Notes: generated by a model from the letters alone, not told the origin. Shown: positions 1 through 10,985, numbered from the stretch's first letter. The stretch is 40,246 nucleotides of DNA from Thraustochytrium aureum (GCA_012862495.1 BLSG01000379.1:124211-164456); one strand, 5' to 3'. Made by a program: numbers and translations.

Positions 1-3000
1 CCTTCCAACTCTGGTTCCCCAGGGAACGCATACGGCATATTGATGCGCGCCACCCGACCGTACGGACCCTTGTATTCGCTTAGAGCCTGTTGGACCATCT
101 CGCGGTGGTGCCTAAAATCAAACTGGTCGTGGCCATCCAGGATACGAACGGCGTCCAAGACCGCAGGCCACGAGCTTGGCGTTCTCGTGCGCGGGCTCGC
201 CGCCCCGGAGGACGCCGAGTCGGAGGAAACGGACTCTGAGTCATAGTCGTTGTCCTCCTCGGCGCTCTCGTCGGCGTGGAGTTGGCTGCTCGACGAGCGG
301 TCGGCCTCGCCCTTGCGCCTTCCATTCCTCACGCTGCCATGCGGGGACGACGCACTCGTTTCGCTTGGCTTTAGACTTCGCGCACTGAGCCTACCTGAAT
401 CATTGCCATCATTCGCTGCGGGCAACTCCTCGGCGCTCCGCGAGTTGCCCTCATCCGTGTGGTCCTGTGGGTTGGATGCTCGGTCTTGTTGCAAGCCGGC
501 CTGGCTGGGATCTGTAGGCTGAAACAAGCAGTCCAGCTTGAAGGCGTACGTTGGCACGAGCTCCATATCTCGGCCGAACGGCTGGAGGAGGTCTCGGGAG
601 AAGCTGCGCGGAGGAACAGCCGATTCTGGATGGCCACCTCAATTACATGCAGGAGATCGTCAAGAATGACGCGGAAGGTCTTGTTCTTTCGGTCTCCGAA
701 CAACCGCGTCACTCGCTGCGCCACGTGAAAGCCAGAGAGCTCGTGGTCGTAAAAGTTGGCGTTTACAAACCTGTCGAGCATGACGTGCAGCGCCTCCATG
801 TCCTCCGCGGACATGAAGCCGTACTTGTCAATGAGCGCTCCGGAGGAACTTGGCGTCAGTCGGGCTGGGTCAAAGTCAAAGTCGCGGCTCCCAGAGAGGA
901 GTCGCGCCACCATCGCTAGGCGAGCGCCGCGCTGCTCGCAATACTCCAGAACCTCCTTTGCAGTCCACGAGTGCCCGTGCAAGTCTTGTGGCGGCGAGCG
1001 CATCGGGTTGAGGTCAAACGCGATGCTTTGGAGCCCTGCAAGGTGGCGTGTATCCGGCGGGAGCTCCACAAGCCGGTTGGCCTGTATGTTGAATGTCTCT
1101 AGCCGCAGGCGGACCGGTCCGGAAAACAGGGTCTCAGGCAGGGCCTCCAAGCTGTTTCGCGCAACTTGCAAGACCCGCAGGGAAGCCAAGCTTCCAAACG
1201 TCGCCGGAAGCTCTACCAGAGCGTTGTTGCTGAGGTGCAGGCGCTCGAGCCGCACGAGTCGACCCAGCTCGTCCGGGAGGCTCTTCAGCCTGTTGTGCGT
1301 CAAGAAGAGCGTCCGCAGCGACGCTAGCCCGCAGATTTCGTCAGGAAGGCTGACCAATCGGTTGTTCTCAAGTCGAAGCTCCTCCAACGACGCCGCCATC
1401 GTGCCGGAAAACGTTGCCCCCAAGAGCTCCTCAAGCCGATTCCCACTGAGTGCGAGGAGCCTGAGCTCGCGGAGAACCGCAATTCCAGCCGGCAGCTCAC
1501 TCAGCGCGTTGTCCGACACATCGAGCTCTGTCAGAGCAGAGAGTTTGCCCCAGAAAGAAATCGGCTCTGGCAAGGCCCTCAACCCGTTGCCAGGCACGTG
1601 CAGCACGCGCAAGCACCGCAGTCTCGCAAGGTGGAGAGGAAGCTCTGTCATGCCGAGGTGGCCAGAGATTCGGAGCTCGCGCAATCGCGTCATGTGAATC
1701 ACGCGCTCTGGGATCGAACGGAGACCTGCAAAATGAAGCTTGAGGATCCCAGTCTCCTCAGCGCGGTCCATGACACGACGCAGATCGCGATGGAACCGAC
1801 CCTCGGGAACGAGGTGCTCGCCGCCGACGCCAACGTCCGGCCGCACTACCCCCGGGGGCGGCAGGCCGCGCAATCGTCTCGTGGCTCGCTCGCGGCAGTC
1901 CCACAATATTTGCTTGACACCAAGCGCAATGACGCTCGGCCCAGGGTGCTCCAAGCGAGCATTGCCTGAGAGTCGAATTTGATCCAACCCCTTGAGGGTC
2001 CCAACCCGGTCGTTCAGCTCAACGAGCAAGTTGCTGGTCAGATCCAAGTAGCGCAGCGCGATGCAGCCTTCAATAGAGTCAGGAAGAGCCAACAGCTGGT
2101 TTCCGCTGGCGCATAGTCGCTCAAGCTTGGCCCACTGGCCCATGCGTGCCGGAAGCCTCGCGAGGCGGTTCTCGCCTACCTCCAGCACACGTAATGCGCG
2201 GACATCAGCGAGCTCCTCAGGAAGCTCCACGATACGGTTCCGCGACGCCTCCAGCCGTTCGAGGAAAATGAGCTTCCCTAGGCTCGCTGGGAGATCAGTG
2301 AGTCGATTCCCACTCACTTTCAGCGTCACAAGCCGACCAAGCATATCGAACCTGTCGACGTCACGCGGAAGCCTCTGACGAACGACCTCTCGCGTTGCGC
2401 GATTGCCCCACTCTGTATTCCCGTTTTCCGCGTTGACCCAATATATCCACTCTGNNNNNNNNNNNNNNNNNNNNNNNNNNNNNNNNNNNNNNNNNNNNNN
2501 NNNNNNNNNNNNNNNNNNNNNNNNNNNNNNNNNNNNNNNNNNNNNNNNNNNNNNNNNNNNNNNNNNNNNNNNNNNNNNNNNNNNNNNNNNNNNNNNNNNN
2601 NNNNNNNNNNNNNNNNNNNNNNNNNNNNNNNNNNNNNNNNNNNNNNNNNNNNNNNNNNNNNNNNNNNNNNNNNNNNNNNNNNNNNNNNNNNNNNNNNNNN
2701 NNNNNNNNNNNNNNNNNNNNNNNNNNNNNNNNNNNNNNNNNNNNNNNNNNNNNNNNNNNNNNNNNNNNNNNNNNNNNNNNNNNNNNNNNNNNNNNNNNNN
2801 NNNNNNNNNNNNNNNNNNNNNNNNNNNNNNNNNNNNNNNNNNNNNNNNNNNNNNNNNNNNNNNNNNNNNNNNNNNNNNNNNNNNNNNNNNNNNNNNNNNN
2901 NNNNNNNNNNNNNNNNNNNNNNNNNNNNNNNNNNNNNNNNNNNNNNNNNNNNNNNNNNNNNNNNNNNNNNNNNNNNNNNNNNNNNNNNNNNNNNNNNNNN

Positions 3001-4077
3001 NNNNNNNNNNNNNNNNNNNNNNNNNNNNNNNNNNNNNNNNNNNNNNNNNNNNNNNNNNNNNNNNNNNNNNNNNNNNNNNNNNNNNNNNNNNNNNNNNNNN
3101 NNNNNNNNNNNNNNNNNNNNNNNNNNNNNNNNNNNNNNNNNNNNNNNNNNNNNNNNNNNNNNNNNNNNNNNNNNNNNNNNNNNNNNNNNNNNNNNNNNNN
3201 NNNNTAGCTTGAGGTCCTGTTTGCGCTTGGCTAAAACGCGCTTATCAAAGTCTTCCAAAACGAGCTCCCGGAGCGACCCTGCGAGGGCCTTGCGCCCGTG
3301 CGTCCCTGCTGCTGCCCTGCGCGCTCTGCTGATGCGCAAAACCGCGCCTTCGACTTCGCGGATGTGTCGCACTGTTTCCATTTTGCTGAATCGATCCTGG
3401 CCTTGCGCCTTGAGAGCTTGCCTTGCAGCAACGTGCGAGCCTGTTCGCTCGTAAAGCTCGCCGTACGTAAGCGCGGGTCCAACTACTAGAGATGATTCTG
3501 CAGGGTCGCCGTCCACTTCTGGTGCGGCCCCGGCACGGTGTGGTGCGAACGCCTTTCCGCTGACCTTTGCTGCGCGATCGCGAACGATTTTCTCTTTGAA
3601 TTGTTGGAGCTTGATCGACATTGTGTCTCTGCGGACAAGCGACACGCGTTTTGCGACTTCAGCCGCGTCCGTGCCAATTCCAACCAGTGCTTCTTGCTCG
3701 CCGAGCTTTACGACCGCCTGGCCGAAGCTCAGCGTTTCGTTTGGAGTGCTGGAAGCCCAACTACTCGGTGCACGGGTCCCGCTGAGCTGCTCGGCCGGTG
3801 TAACCGCCGCAACGCGTCGTCGGTTGCCCTCCATCTGGTGGAGTTCGTACAACGGGATACTGGGACCAAGCGGAATCCTTGTCTCTACGATCGCAGAGCC
3901 GTCCTCCAGCTCTTGCTGCTCCGCAGCCTCGCTTTCCGCGATGCCAAGTCTGTCGCCGCCCCAGCGCACTTGCATCCGGTCCTCCGTTCGTTTCGTGGGC
4001 GATATTTGCTCGAGCCCAGCGGCTCCAAGAGCCGACCGCCCCCCTCTCGCCTTGCGCATCCCGTGTCCGTTCGACAT
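1..4077 (-). CDS. Large leucine-rich-repeat protein (two LRR blocks, WW-like segment); 3' end runs off the left edge
   Basis: ATG at 4077, N-terminal frame to the gap 2455-3204. From 2453 down the frame carries many LxxLxLxxNxLxxLP repeats (e.g. LRVLEVGENRLARLP, LEELRLENNRLVSLP). After a 1-nt frameshift at ~600-640 another frame (PRSFSRDLLQPFGRDMELVPTYAF...RINMPYAFPGEPELE) stays open to base 1. Confidence 0.85.
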
Positions 4078-4464
4078 GCTTGTCCGTCGGCAGGGGCCCG
4101 GGTCTAGCCCAGCCGAGCGCCTCCGAGCGCCTCCGCCGCAGGCCGTTCGACCGTGCGGGTCGGAGGAGTCACGGTCGGGATCCCTTCTCTAGTCGAGGAA
4201 AAGCAAGCAAGCACGCTGCGCCAACCCGCATCCACTATCGCTCGCCCGCCACGACGAGGAGCAGCAGAGGGGCAGGTCGCCTGAGCGCGAAGGAATTCAG
4301 ACCTCGCCCAGCCTGCGTGGCCGGCCTGCCCTGCCTGGACGCACGGCGCCCGGTTGCTGTTGAGGTCCTGCTGGGCTCCTCGCTCGCTCAAGTGTCCGTT
4401 TGCGGTTGTTTTTCTCTAGAGGGACTGTGTTCGTGAACAAATGCATGTTCGTTGGACGTGGACT

Positions 4465-4739
4465 CCGCTGCGCGCAGCAGACTCGACCTTGTCGCGCGCT
4501 CTCTCTGTCTCGAGCGAGCACGCTGCTGCGCGCGCAGCTTGGTCGCCGAGGCGACTCGGTTCTCTCTGGGAAGGCGGCTTTGCCAGCTGCTGTGCGCGCA
4601 GTCTGGCTCGGTCGCCAATTCAGTTCGCTACTTCCACTCGACCTTGTAGAGCGCGAGCTCTACTTCGCAGAGCTCTTGTCTGAACGGAGCTCTACACGAG
4701 CCACTGCTGTGCACGCAGCAGACTGGGCTTGTCGCCGAG
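4465..4739. repeat. Degenerate ~30-bp direct repeats in the divergent intergenic region
   Basis: Four related copies of (G)CTGCTGYGCRCGCAG...GTCGC at ~4465, 4522, 4586 and 4704; ACTCGACCTTGT at 4481 and 4636. Confidence 0.5.
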
Positions 4740-4926
4740 TAGAACTAGACCCGGCGCGGCGGCCTTGCCTGTGCGTATGCCTCGTCGCAGTGTGCGGACA
4801 TCAGACACGACTCGCGTCCAACGCTGGTCAAAGTAACGAGCTGACGCTGATGTTCGATCAGCTTCGAACTTGGCGCTGAGCTCTGGGTTGCACCAGCTCG
4901 CAACCAACCCTGGGGGCGCTTGCGGC

Positions 4927-7900
4927 ATGCCAGAACCGGAGAAGGCCGAGCGAGGCGAGCAACGGCAAGAACTGACAGGCGGTCTGCATGAGAACGCATG
5001 GCGCGACACGGATGCACAGGGTATGCGCAGCGCAAGGAGTACATCGAACGCACGAATGGAGCTCGACGCAACCCTGAGAAGGCTGAGGAAATCGAATGAT
5101 GCGGAGATCAAGCTGGACGCGCTTTCCGAACTTGCCGATCGTTGGCAGACATTCTACCCGGTCAACGCTCTCGGCGAGTGGGCGCCAGAGTGTATCGATG
5201 GAATGGCTCGCACATTCAAGGTCCTTGGTAACGTCTTGTGCAAGGCGGTGGACCGGTTTACGGGGCTCACGTACGCTGTTAAAGGCGAAGTCCTGGTGAC
5301 GCTGACCACGCTGCTAGTCGCACTCGACGCGCCGCAGCACCAGCCCAAGGCGTTCGCGGACCTGGTCGCGGTGTTGTTTGCTGTCATAAGCAAGCCCAAC
5401 CAGCGCGCAGACCAAATAATGCGGCGCCTGGCGTGCGAGAGCCTGCGCGAAATCGAGTGCTGCTTTCCTGGGTCGCTTGCGCCCCTGGTCTCTGACGTGA
5501 CCGATGTTCACCCCGCAGGAGCTGGCGTTGGGCCTGCTGCGGCCTGCATGGGTGCGGCTCCAAGCCGCTGGCTGTTCCCTTTCTCGCTCTTTCGGTGTGC
5601 GCAGCTGGAGAGTGGCTTCATTCGGGGGTCGTACATCTCGTTGCTGCTTTGCGCGCTTTCTTCCACGCCCGAGGCCAAATCCTGTCCCGTGGATTCCAAG
5701 GTCGCTGAAAACTCAGCGAACACCAGCTCAAGACCGGCTCTGCGGTTTAGGCCCGCAGTTCTCGTTTGCTCCACGCAAGACGATGGCTGCCTTGATCACG
5801 TATCCACACTGGGCAAGCGACAGCAATCGATCATTGCCTCGATCCCTCGCGCGCTGGTCGAGTGCGCTCTTGCCGATACGTGCAAGCATGGACNNNNNNN
5901 NNNNNNNNNNNNNNNNNNNNNNNNNNNNNNNNNNNNNNNNNNNNNNNNNNNNNNNNNNNNNNNNNNNNNNNNNNNNNNNNNNNNNNNNNNNNNNNNNNNN
6001 NNNNNNNNNNNNNNNNNNNNNNNNNNNNNNNNNNNNNNNNNNNNNNNNNNNNNNNNNNNNGCCAGCACGCGCTGCCGTGTTGTGCTACGTCGTACGGCTC
6101 TCCAAGAAGGCTGCCTTGCCGGCCGAGCTCTTTGCGCACCACTTGCAAAGCCTCGTTCGCCAAGCCGACTGGCTCGTCGCCCACATTGCTCTGTTGGCGC
6201 TCCGGGCTACCGCGATGCGAGGCGGGACAGCTCCTGGAGCGGACGCAACCTTTTCTGCGCAGCTTGCCGAGCTCGCGAGCGCGCGCCGCAGCTCGCTTCA
6301 ACTTCGTGCGGTTGCGTGCATGTGGATCGTCGGAGTGGCTCGCCTCGGCGTGGCGCGCGGCGAGAGTTTTCCGCTGCTACCGACGCTCTCGGACCTCGCT
6401 CCGAGCGTTGCGGAGCCCCTTGAGCTGCGGGCATGTAAGATGCTTGCGCTGCTGGAGTGCCTCGAGGGAAGTGCGGCTGGGCCAGGCGGTCGCGGTGAGG
6501 ATGACGAACTGCTACGCCTCACGCGATTGTGCTTTTGCCGTGGGTCTCTTACCAGCGAGAAGCGAGCCCGCATCGCTGTTGACGTGCTTGTTGAGATCGC
6601 CGACCGGCGTCGCTCGCTCCAACAGCGCGTCGCTGACCTCCTTTTCCACCTAGCCACTCAGTCCAGCCGTGTGCGGGGCGTGCTCCTCGCAAAGTTGTCC
6701 TCACAGCTCGGCAGCGAGAGCCGCACGTCACACTCGGCAGCGGCCGTGCTTGCGCGCATCTTAGTGCGCCTCGCCTCGATACGCGACGCAAAGCGCATCG
6801 GGGACATCTTGACCTGCTCAGCCTAGCTGCACGCCAGTCGAGCGTACCGCCAGAGCCCGGCGTTGCTCTTTGCCTCGTCAGATTCGTCACGGAACCAACG
6901 ACCACGCGCGCTGGCGACTGCTCAACTGGTTTACGGGTTTTGGACTGTCTCGAGCGACTCGTGGATTCGCATCCTGTTGAGCGGCTCTGCGACCCGCCCC
7001 GCAGCGCGTTCATGCGGACGGCGAAATTTCTTAACGCGCACTTTGACGACGCCCTTGTCCGGGCCAAGTCGCGAGTTCTTCTCGAGCGTCTCAAAGCCTG
7101 GCCAGCGGCCGCCGCGATGGGTGCACTCGGGGTGGCGCTAGCTCCCTCCGCGACCGGCGTCGTTGGGCGGTCCAACCCATTTGCTCCGCGGGTCCGCCCC
7201 GTGATGGTCAGTGTACCGAGCCTCGGCGACGCGCTCGTCCTGGAGCGAGGCCAGGCAAGCCTTGAGCGAGATCCGCCAAGCTACCATGCGGCATCTCGAG
7301 AAGCAGAGTCAGGCACGGTCTCCCAGGACGCCCTGTGGAGCACATACCTGGGCTGGGCAGAGGCGAATAGGGCCGAGGTTGTCATCCCGTTGAGGCTGCG
7401 CCTCGAACGGCCACTGCGGTTCGGTGCGGGTCAGGAAGAGCTTCGGGGCGGCCATGGTGATGATGCTTTTGGCATTGTTGTGGAGCTATCCCCGCAACGG
7501 CACTTCGCCCCGATCGACCCTATTGAGGTTTCCTACCTCGCAGCCCAGGGCAACCAGCATGGGCCGCCCCTTGCTGGGGAGGCATTGAGGCTCGTTGCTC
7601 GCCCACTAGCTCCAGTCCCGGCGACGTTTCAGCTCCGCGCCAGGTGCACTGTGCGTGGCGGCGTCATGATAGAGGGGCCCATCGGGGAGCTTCGGCTTCG
7701 GACTGACGATCTGTTCCTGCCTCTCCAGGTTGGCACCGAGGCCGGCAAGGCCGCTTGTTTTGAGTGGCTGCGCGACAACATCTGTCGAATTCGGTCGGTT
7801 CGGTCGCTGCGCCTCGACGAGGCGTCCGCGCGGGACCTCTTCGCGGCCCGGCTCGGCCGGTTCCAAACGACAAGCGGCACGGTGGCCGGTCAAGCTGAAG

Positions 7901-8181
7901 TGCAGCTGCCGGCCCAAGTCGCGATTGCATCGCAGCAGGCTCCCGCTGCATCGCCGCCACCCGCGCGCCTCACGGCAGCTGCGTGGGTGCCTCCGAGGAG
8001 CCACATCCTCTTCACGTGGACCTTTGGCCCTGGCCAGCATGTCCTCGTAAAAATCGCAACCGACGCGCTCGAGCTGGTTGCCCAAGTGGACGCCTTGCTC
8101 GATAGATGGGTCGAAGAAGAGTCGCAGCGCGGTCTCCGCGATCCATGGTCCTCGTGCCACGCACCGGCAAGGCCGCTCTGA
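4927..8181 (+). CDS. AP5B1: AP-5 adaptor complex subunit beta-1
   Basis: N-terminal TYAVKGEVLVTLTTLL...LFAVISKPNQRADQIMRRLACESLREIECCFPGSL and C-terminal WVPPRSHILF...VKIATDALELVAQVDALL match my recollection of plant/animal AP5B1 motifs. Spans gap 5894-6060. One missing base at GGGG 6800-6803 joins the frames. Start ATG uncertain (4927 or slightly downstream). Confidence 0.8.
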
Positions 8182-8330
8182 GCCCCAGCCAGACAAAAAC
8201 GAGCCCGCAGAACCCCACCAAGGCATCAAGCCCCGTCGCGGGTTGCTCGTCGGGTCCGAGCACGCGACACGTTCAGGTCTGCAAGACAATCGAACGCACT
8301 ACCTGCAACGTGAACACTAGTAGAACAGGC
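8177..8330 (-). ncRNA. Candidate structured small RNA (SL-RNA/snRNA-like), copy 1
   Basis: Four predicted stems, CAG|GTAGT at 8303/8302, and GUUUUUG before the terminal hairpin. Ends are approximate. Confidence 0.3.
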
Positions 8331-8359
8331 TGGACTCGGCAGCGCACCGGCAAGGCCGC

Positions 8360-8512
8360 TCTGACCCCAGCCAGACAAAAACGAGCCCGCAGAACCCCAC
8401 CAAGGCATCAAGCCCCGTCGCGGGTTGCTCGTCGGGTCCGAGCACGCGACACGTTCAGGTCCGCAAGACAATCGAACGCGTTACCTGCAACGTGAACACT
8501 AGTAGAACAGGC
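8360..8512 (-). ncRNA. Candidate structured small RNA (SL-RNA/snRNA-like), copy 2
   Basis: Stems at 8494-8450, 8450-8417, 8415-8383 and 8375-8360; CAG|GTAAC at 8485/8484; U5G tract at 8381-8376; compensatory pair versus copy 1. Ends are approximate. Confidence 0.3.
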
Positions 8513-9036
8513 TGGACTCGGCAGCCAGAGCGGTGAGGGCACTCTGATGAGTACGCACGAGCCGGCCAGAGCTCCGAGCCGAGCGGGAAACGCGAAGCTG
8601 AGCGCAGCAGAACATGCCCGACGTCCGTCCGATTCGGCCCCTTCGGCCTCATTTTTCCGCCCTTCTCCGTGTCCGTCGTGTGCGACATTGGCACAATTCC
8701 ACCGACCTGAACACGCTTCGAGGCAGGCCAGCCAGCAAGCCAGCGAGCGAGCGAGCCGCCATCCACGAGGCACACCGCCAGACCAATTGCAGACCTCTCG
8801 AGTGTCCGCGGAGGTGCCGTTGCGGTTGGCGTGGAGCTCGGCGCGGTGGTTTCTGGCAGGTGCAGGCTCGCGGAGTTGAGCTGCATTCGCGCTGACAAGC
8901 CGGGCGCGGACCACACGTTCGACGTGCCGAGCGGACGCGCAAGGTTTGGGCGCGCAGAGCTTGGTGGAGCTCCTGGTGACGCCTGCCTGCGTGGTCGAGC
9001 CGTGGGCTGGGAGTGGTTAGGAGTCGTCACGGGAGG

Positions 9037-10146
9037 ATGGGCCACGGCGCGGGCAGCGGCGCGGCGGCGCCCCTTGTGGTCGGGGTGCTCGCGCTGCAAG
9101 GCGCGTTCGTGGAGCACNNNNNNNNNNNNNNNNNNNNNNNNNNNNNNNNNNNNNNNNNNNNNNNNNNNNNNNNNNNNNNNNNNNNNNNNNNNNNNNNNNN
9201 NNNNNNNNNNNNNNNNNNNNNNNNNNNNNNNNNNNNNNNNNNNNNNNNNNNNNNNNNNNNNNNNNNNNNNNNNNNNNNNNNNNNNNNNNNNNNNNNNNNN
9301 NNNNNNNNNNNNNNNNNNNNNNNNNNNNNNNNNNNNNNNNNNNNNNNNNNNNNNNNNNNNNNNNNNNNNNNNNNNNNNNNNNNNNNNNNNNNNNNNNNNN
9401 NNNNNNNNNNNNNNNNNNNNNNNNNNNNCTGCCGAGCAGCTTGACGGCGTCGATGCGATCGTGCTCCCCGGCGGCGAAAGCACCACCATCGCGCTCCTAG
9501 CGCGCAGGTGGGGTTTGGTAAGTGCGCTGCGCAGGCCGGGCTCGTGGTGCGCGCGGGAGGAAATGCGCGCGCTGACAGCAGCGTCGGTTGTGGGCGCCAT
9601 CCGCTCGTAGCTCGAGCCTCTCCGGGAGTGGGTCGCTGCGGGTAAACCAATCTGGGGCACCTGCGCGGGCATGATTCTCCTTGCCAACAAGCTCACTGGC
9701 AAGATGAAAGTAAGTCCACGGCGCCATGCGGGGCAAAGCTAAGCTGCATCGCGCTAACCCAAGCCGCCGTCCCTTCCGAGCAGGATGGCCAGGAAACCAT
9801 CGGTGGGTTGGACGCCACAGTCCATCGAAACTACTTTGGATCGCAGCTCGGCAGCTTCTCGGCCAAGCTCAAGAGCCATTTCGGGGCAGAGTGCGCAGAA
9901 TACACGGGTGTCTTCATTCGCGCTCCAGCCATGGTGGAGCACGGCGCCGAGGTCAAAGTGCTTGCGACTGTCCGTCCGCACAAGCACTCTGCCGAGGCCG
10001 CGGAGCACCTCGAGGACGTGGACGCTGTCGTCGCAGCGCGCCAGGGCAACATTCTCGTCACTTCGTTCCATCCCGAGCTCACCGCAGACCCGCATTGGCA
10101 CTCTTTCTTCCACAGGATGGCGCTTGACTCGCGCCCGGCCGAGTAA
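9037..10146 (+). CDS. PDX2: Pyridoxal 5'-phosphate synthase glutaminase subunit (PdxT/SNO)
   Basis: Motifs [46 protein letters not shown] and SFHPELT (Cys-His-Glu triad). Visible exons: 9037-(gap 9118-9428)-9517, 9611-9709, 9784-10146. Confidence 0.95.
9518..9610 (+). other. Spliceosomal intron in PDX2 (93 nt)
   Basis: GTAAGT...GCTGAC branch (9571)...TAG. Removal gives [14 protein letters not shown] in frame. Confidence 0.9.
9710..9783 (+). other. Spliceosomal intron in PDX2 (74 nt)
   Basis: GTAAGT...GCTAAC branch (9753)...CAG. Removal gives [14 protein letters not shown] in frame. Confidence 0.9.
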
Positions 10147-10353
10147 TCGCCAATCTGGCAGGACGAGCAGAATGTTCGTTGTCGCTGCGAAACGTGGCGC
10201 GCTGTTCGTCGACGCGAACATGCTAAATAGAAGCAAGGAAACAGACACGTTTTGCACGTATTCTTTTTTGGTGAGGTTGAAGGGCTGCACGGCGATCGAA
10301 CAGGCGAACAGCAAAAAGCGAAAGCCCGGCCTCAAGATTTTCGGCGTCCTTGA

Positions 10354-10823
10354 TCAATCAGAGCCGCCAGACTTTGCCTCTGCGGCCTTCTCCTCTGCGC
10401 TGCTTTCATCTGACATGGCAGAACCATCGTCATCGTCGTCATCGTCGTCGTTGTCGTCCTCCTCCGTGCTGCTTCCCTCGTCCTCGTCGTCATCGTCGTC
10501 ATCGCTGCCCGCGCTCTCCGTGAGCAGGTCTTCAGCTTGCTCCAAGACGCGCTCATACTCTGCGAAAATAGGGTTGCCTGGCTCGCGAGCTAGCAGTGCC
10601 GCGCACGTCTGCCTCGCAGCACTGTACTGCTTGAACTCGATGAGCCTCGAGAGCTGCTCCGCCGCCACGCGAGTCAGCCAAACCATCCCCCGCCGCACTC
10701 ACCCACACCCCGCAACCGACGCGCTCGCGTACATTGACTGACCTTCTTCATCTCCTCAACGACATCAACCCGTTTGCCTGCATCATGTCGCACCGGCCCG
10801 GCATCAAACTTGCCCTCGTCCAT
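10354..10823 (-). CDS. Small acidic protein, ERICH2 (glutamate-rich protein 2)-like, 126 aa
   Basis: Exons 10823-10743 (MDEGKFDAG...VEEMKK) and 10653-10354 (LSRLIEFKQYSAARQTCAALLAREPGNPIFAEY plus an Asp/Glu/Ser tail). The Y..A...C..LL..EP.NP pattern recalls ERICH2. Confidence 0.6.
10654..10742 (-). other. Spliceosomal intron (89 nt) in the ERICH2-like gene
   Basis: GTCAGT donor, GCTGAC branch (10678-10673), CAG acceptor; phase 0 join. Confidence 0.75.
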
Positions 10824-10895
10824 CTCCAAGCGCGGAAGCGCGCCCTGCCGCAGGTCGCAAAGCTGACCTGGACGCAGCCGCCTCTGCGCCCCCCA

Positions 10896-10985
10896 GCTGC
10901 TGCTGCTGCTAGTGCCGCTGCTGCTGCTGCTAGTGTCACTGCTGCTCAAGCTAGAGTTCTGCTGGTGCTGCTGCTGCTGCTGCTG
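10896..10985. repeat. Interrupted (CTG/CAG)n microsatellite
   Basis: Runs of GCT/CTG triplets separated by AGT/GCC. Confidence 0.9.

Larger units (their letters stand above)
8161..8525. repeat. Tandem duplication, 183 bp + 182 bp
   Basis: Copy 1 is 8161-8343 and copy 2 is 8344-8525. They differ by 3 substitutions (8280/8462, 8298/8480, 8299/8481) and one 1-nt indel (~8182). Copy 1 includes the AP5B1 stop codon. Confidence 0.95.

Noticed and set aside
756..1697. Long antisense ORFs (also 9785-10741, 13301-14401, 15488-16570, 19690-20898, 36262-37470)
   Set aside because: Shadow frames of real genes with GC-rich codon usage; Ser/Arg/Ala-rich translations without motifs.
4400..4879. 159-aa plus-strand ORF upstream of AP5B1
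   Set aside because: No recognisable motif; overlaps the degenerate repeats; expected by chance in GC-rich DNA.
8161..8525. Repeat as H/ACA snoRNA (plus-strand hairpin followed by ACA), U1/U11 snRNA, or CRISPR array
   Set aside because: No ANANNA hinge between the hairpins, and G-U pairs favour the minus strand. The U1 (AUACUUACCUG) and U11 (AAAAAGGGC) 5' ends are absent. There is no spacer structure and the locus is eukaryotic.
8544..8600. CTGATGAG...GAAAC resembling a hammerhead ribozyme core next to the tandem repeat
   Set aside because: The base before GAAA is G, so the G10.1-C11.1 pair and stem II cannot close; no convincing stem I/III or NUH site.
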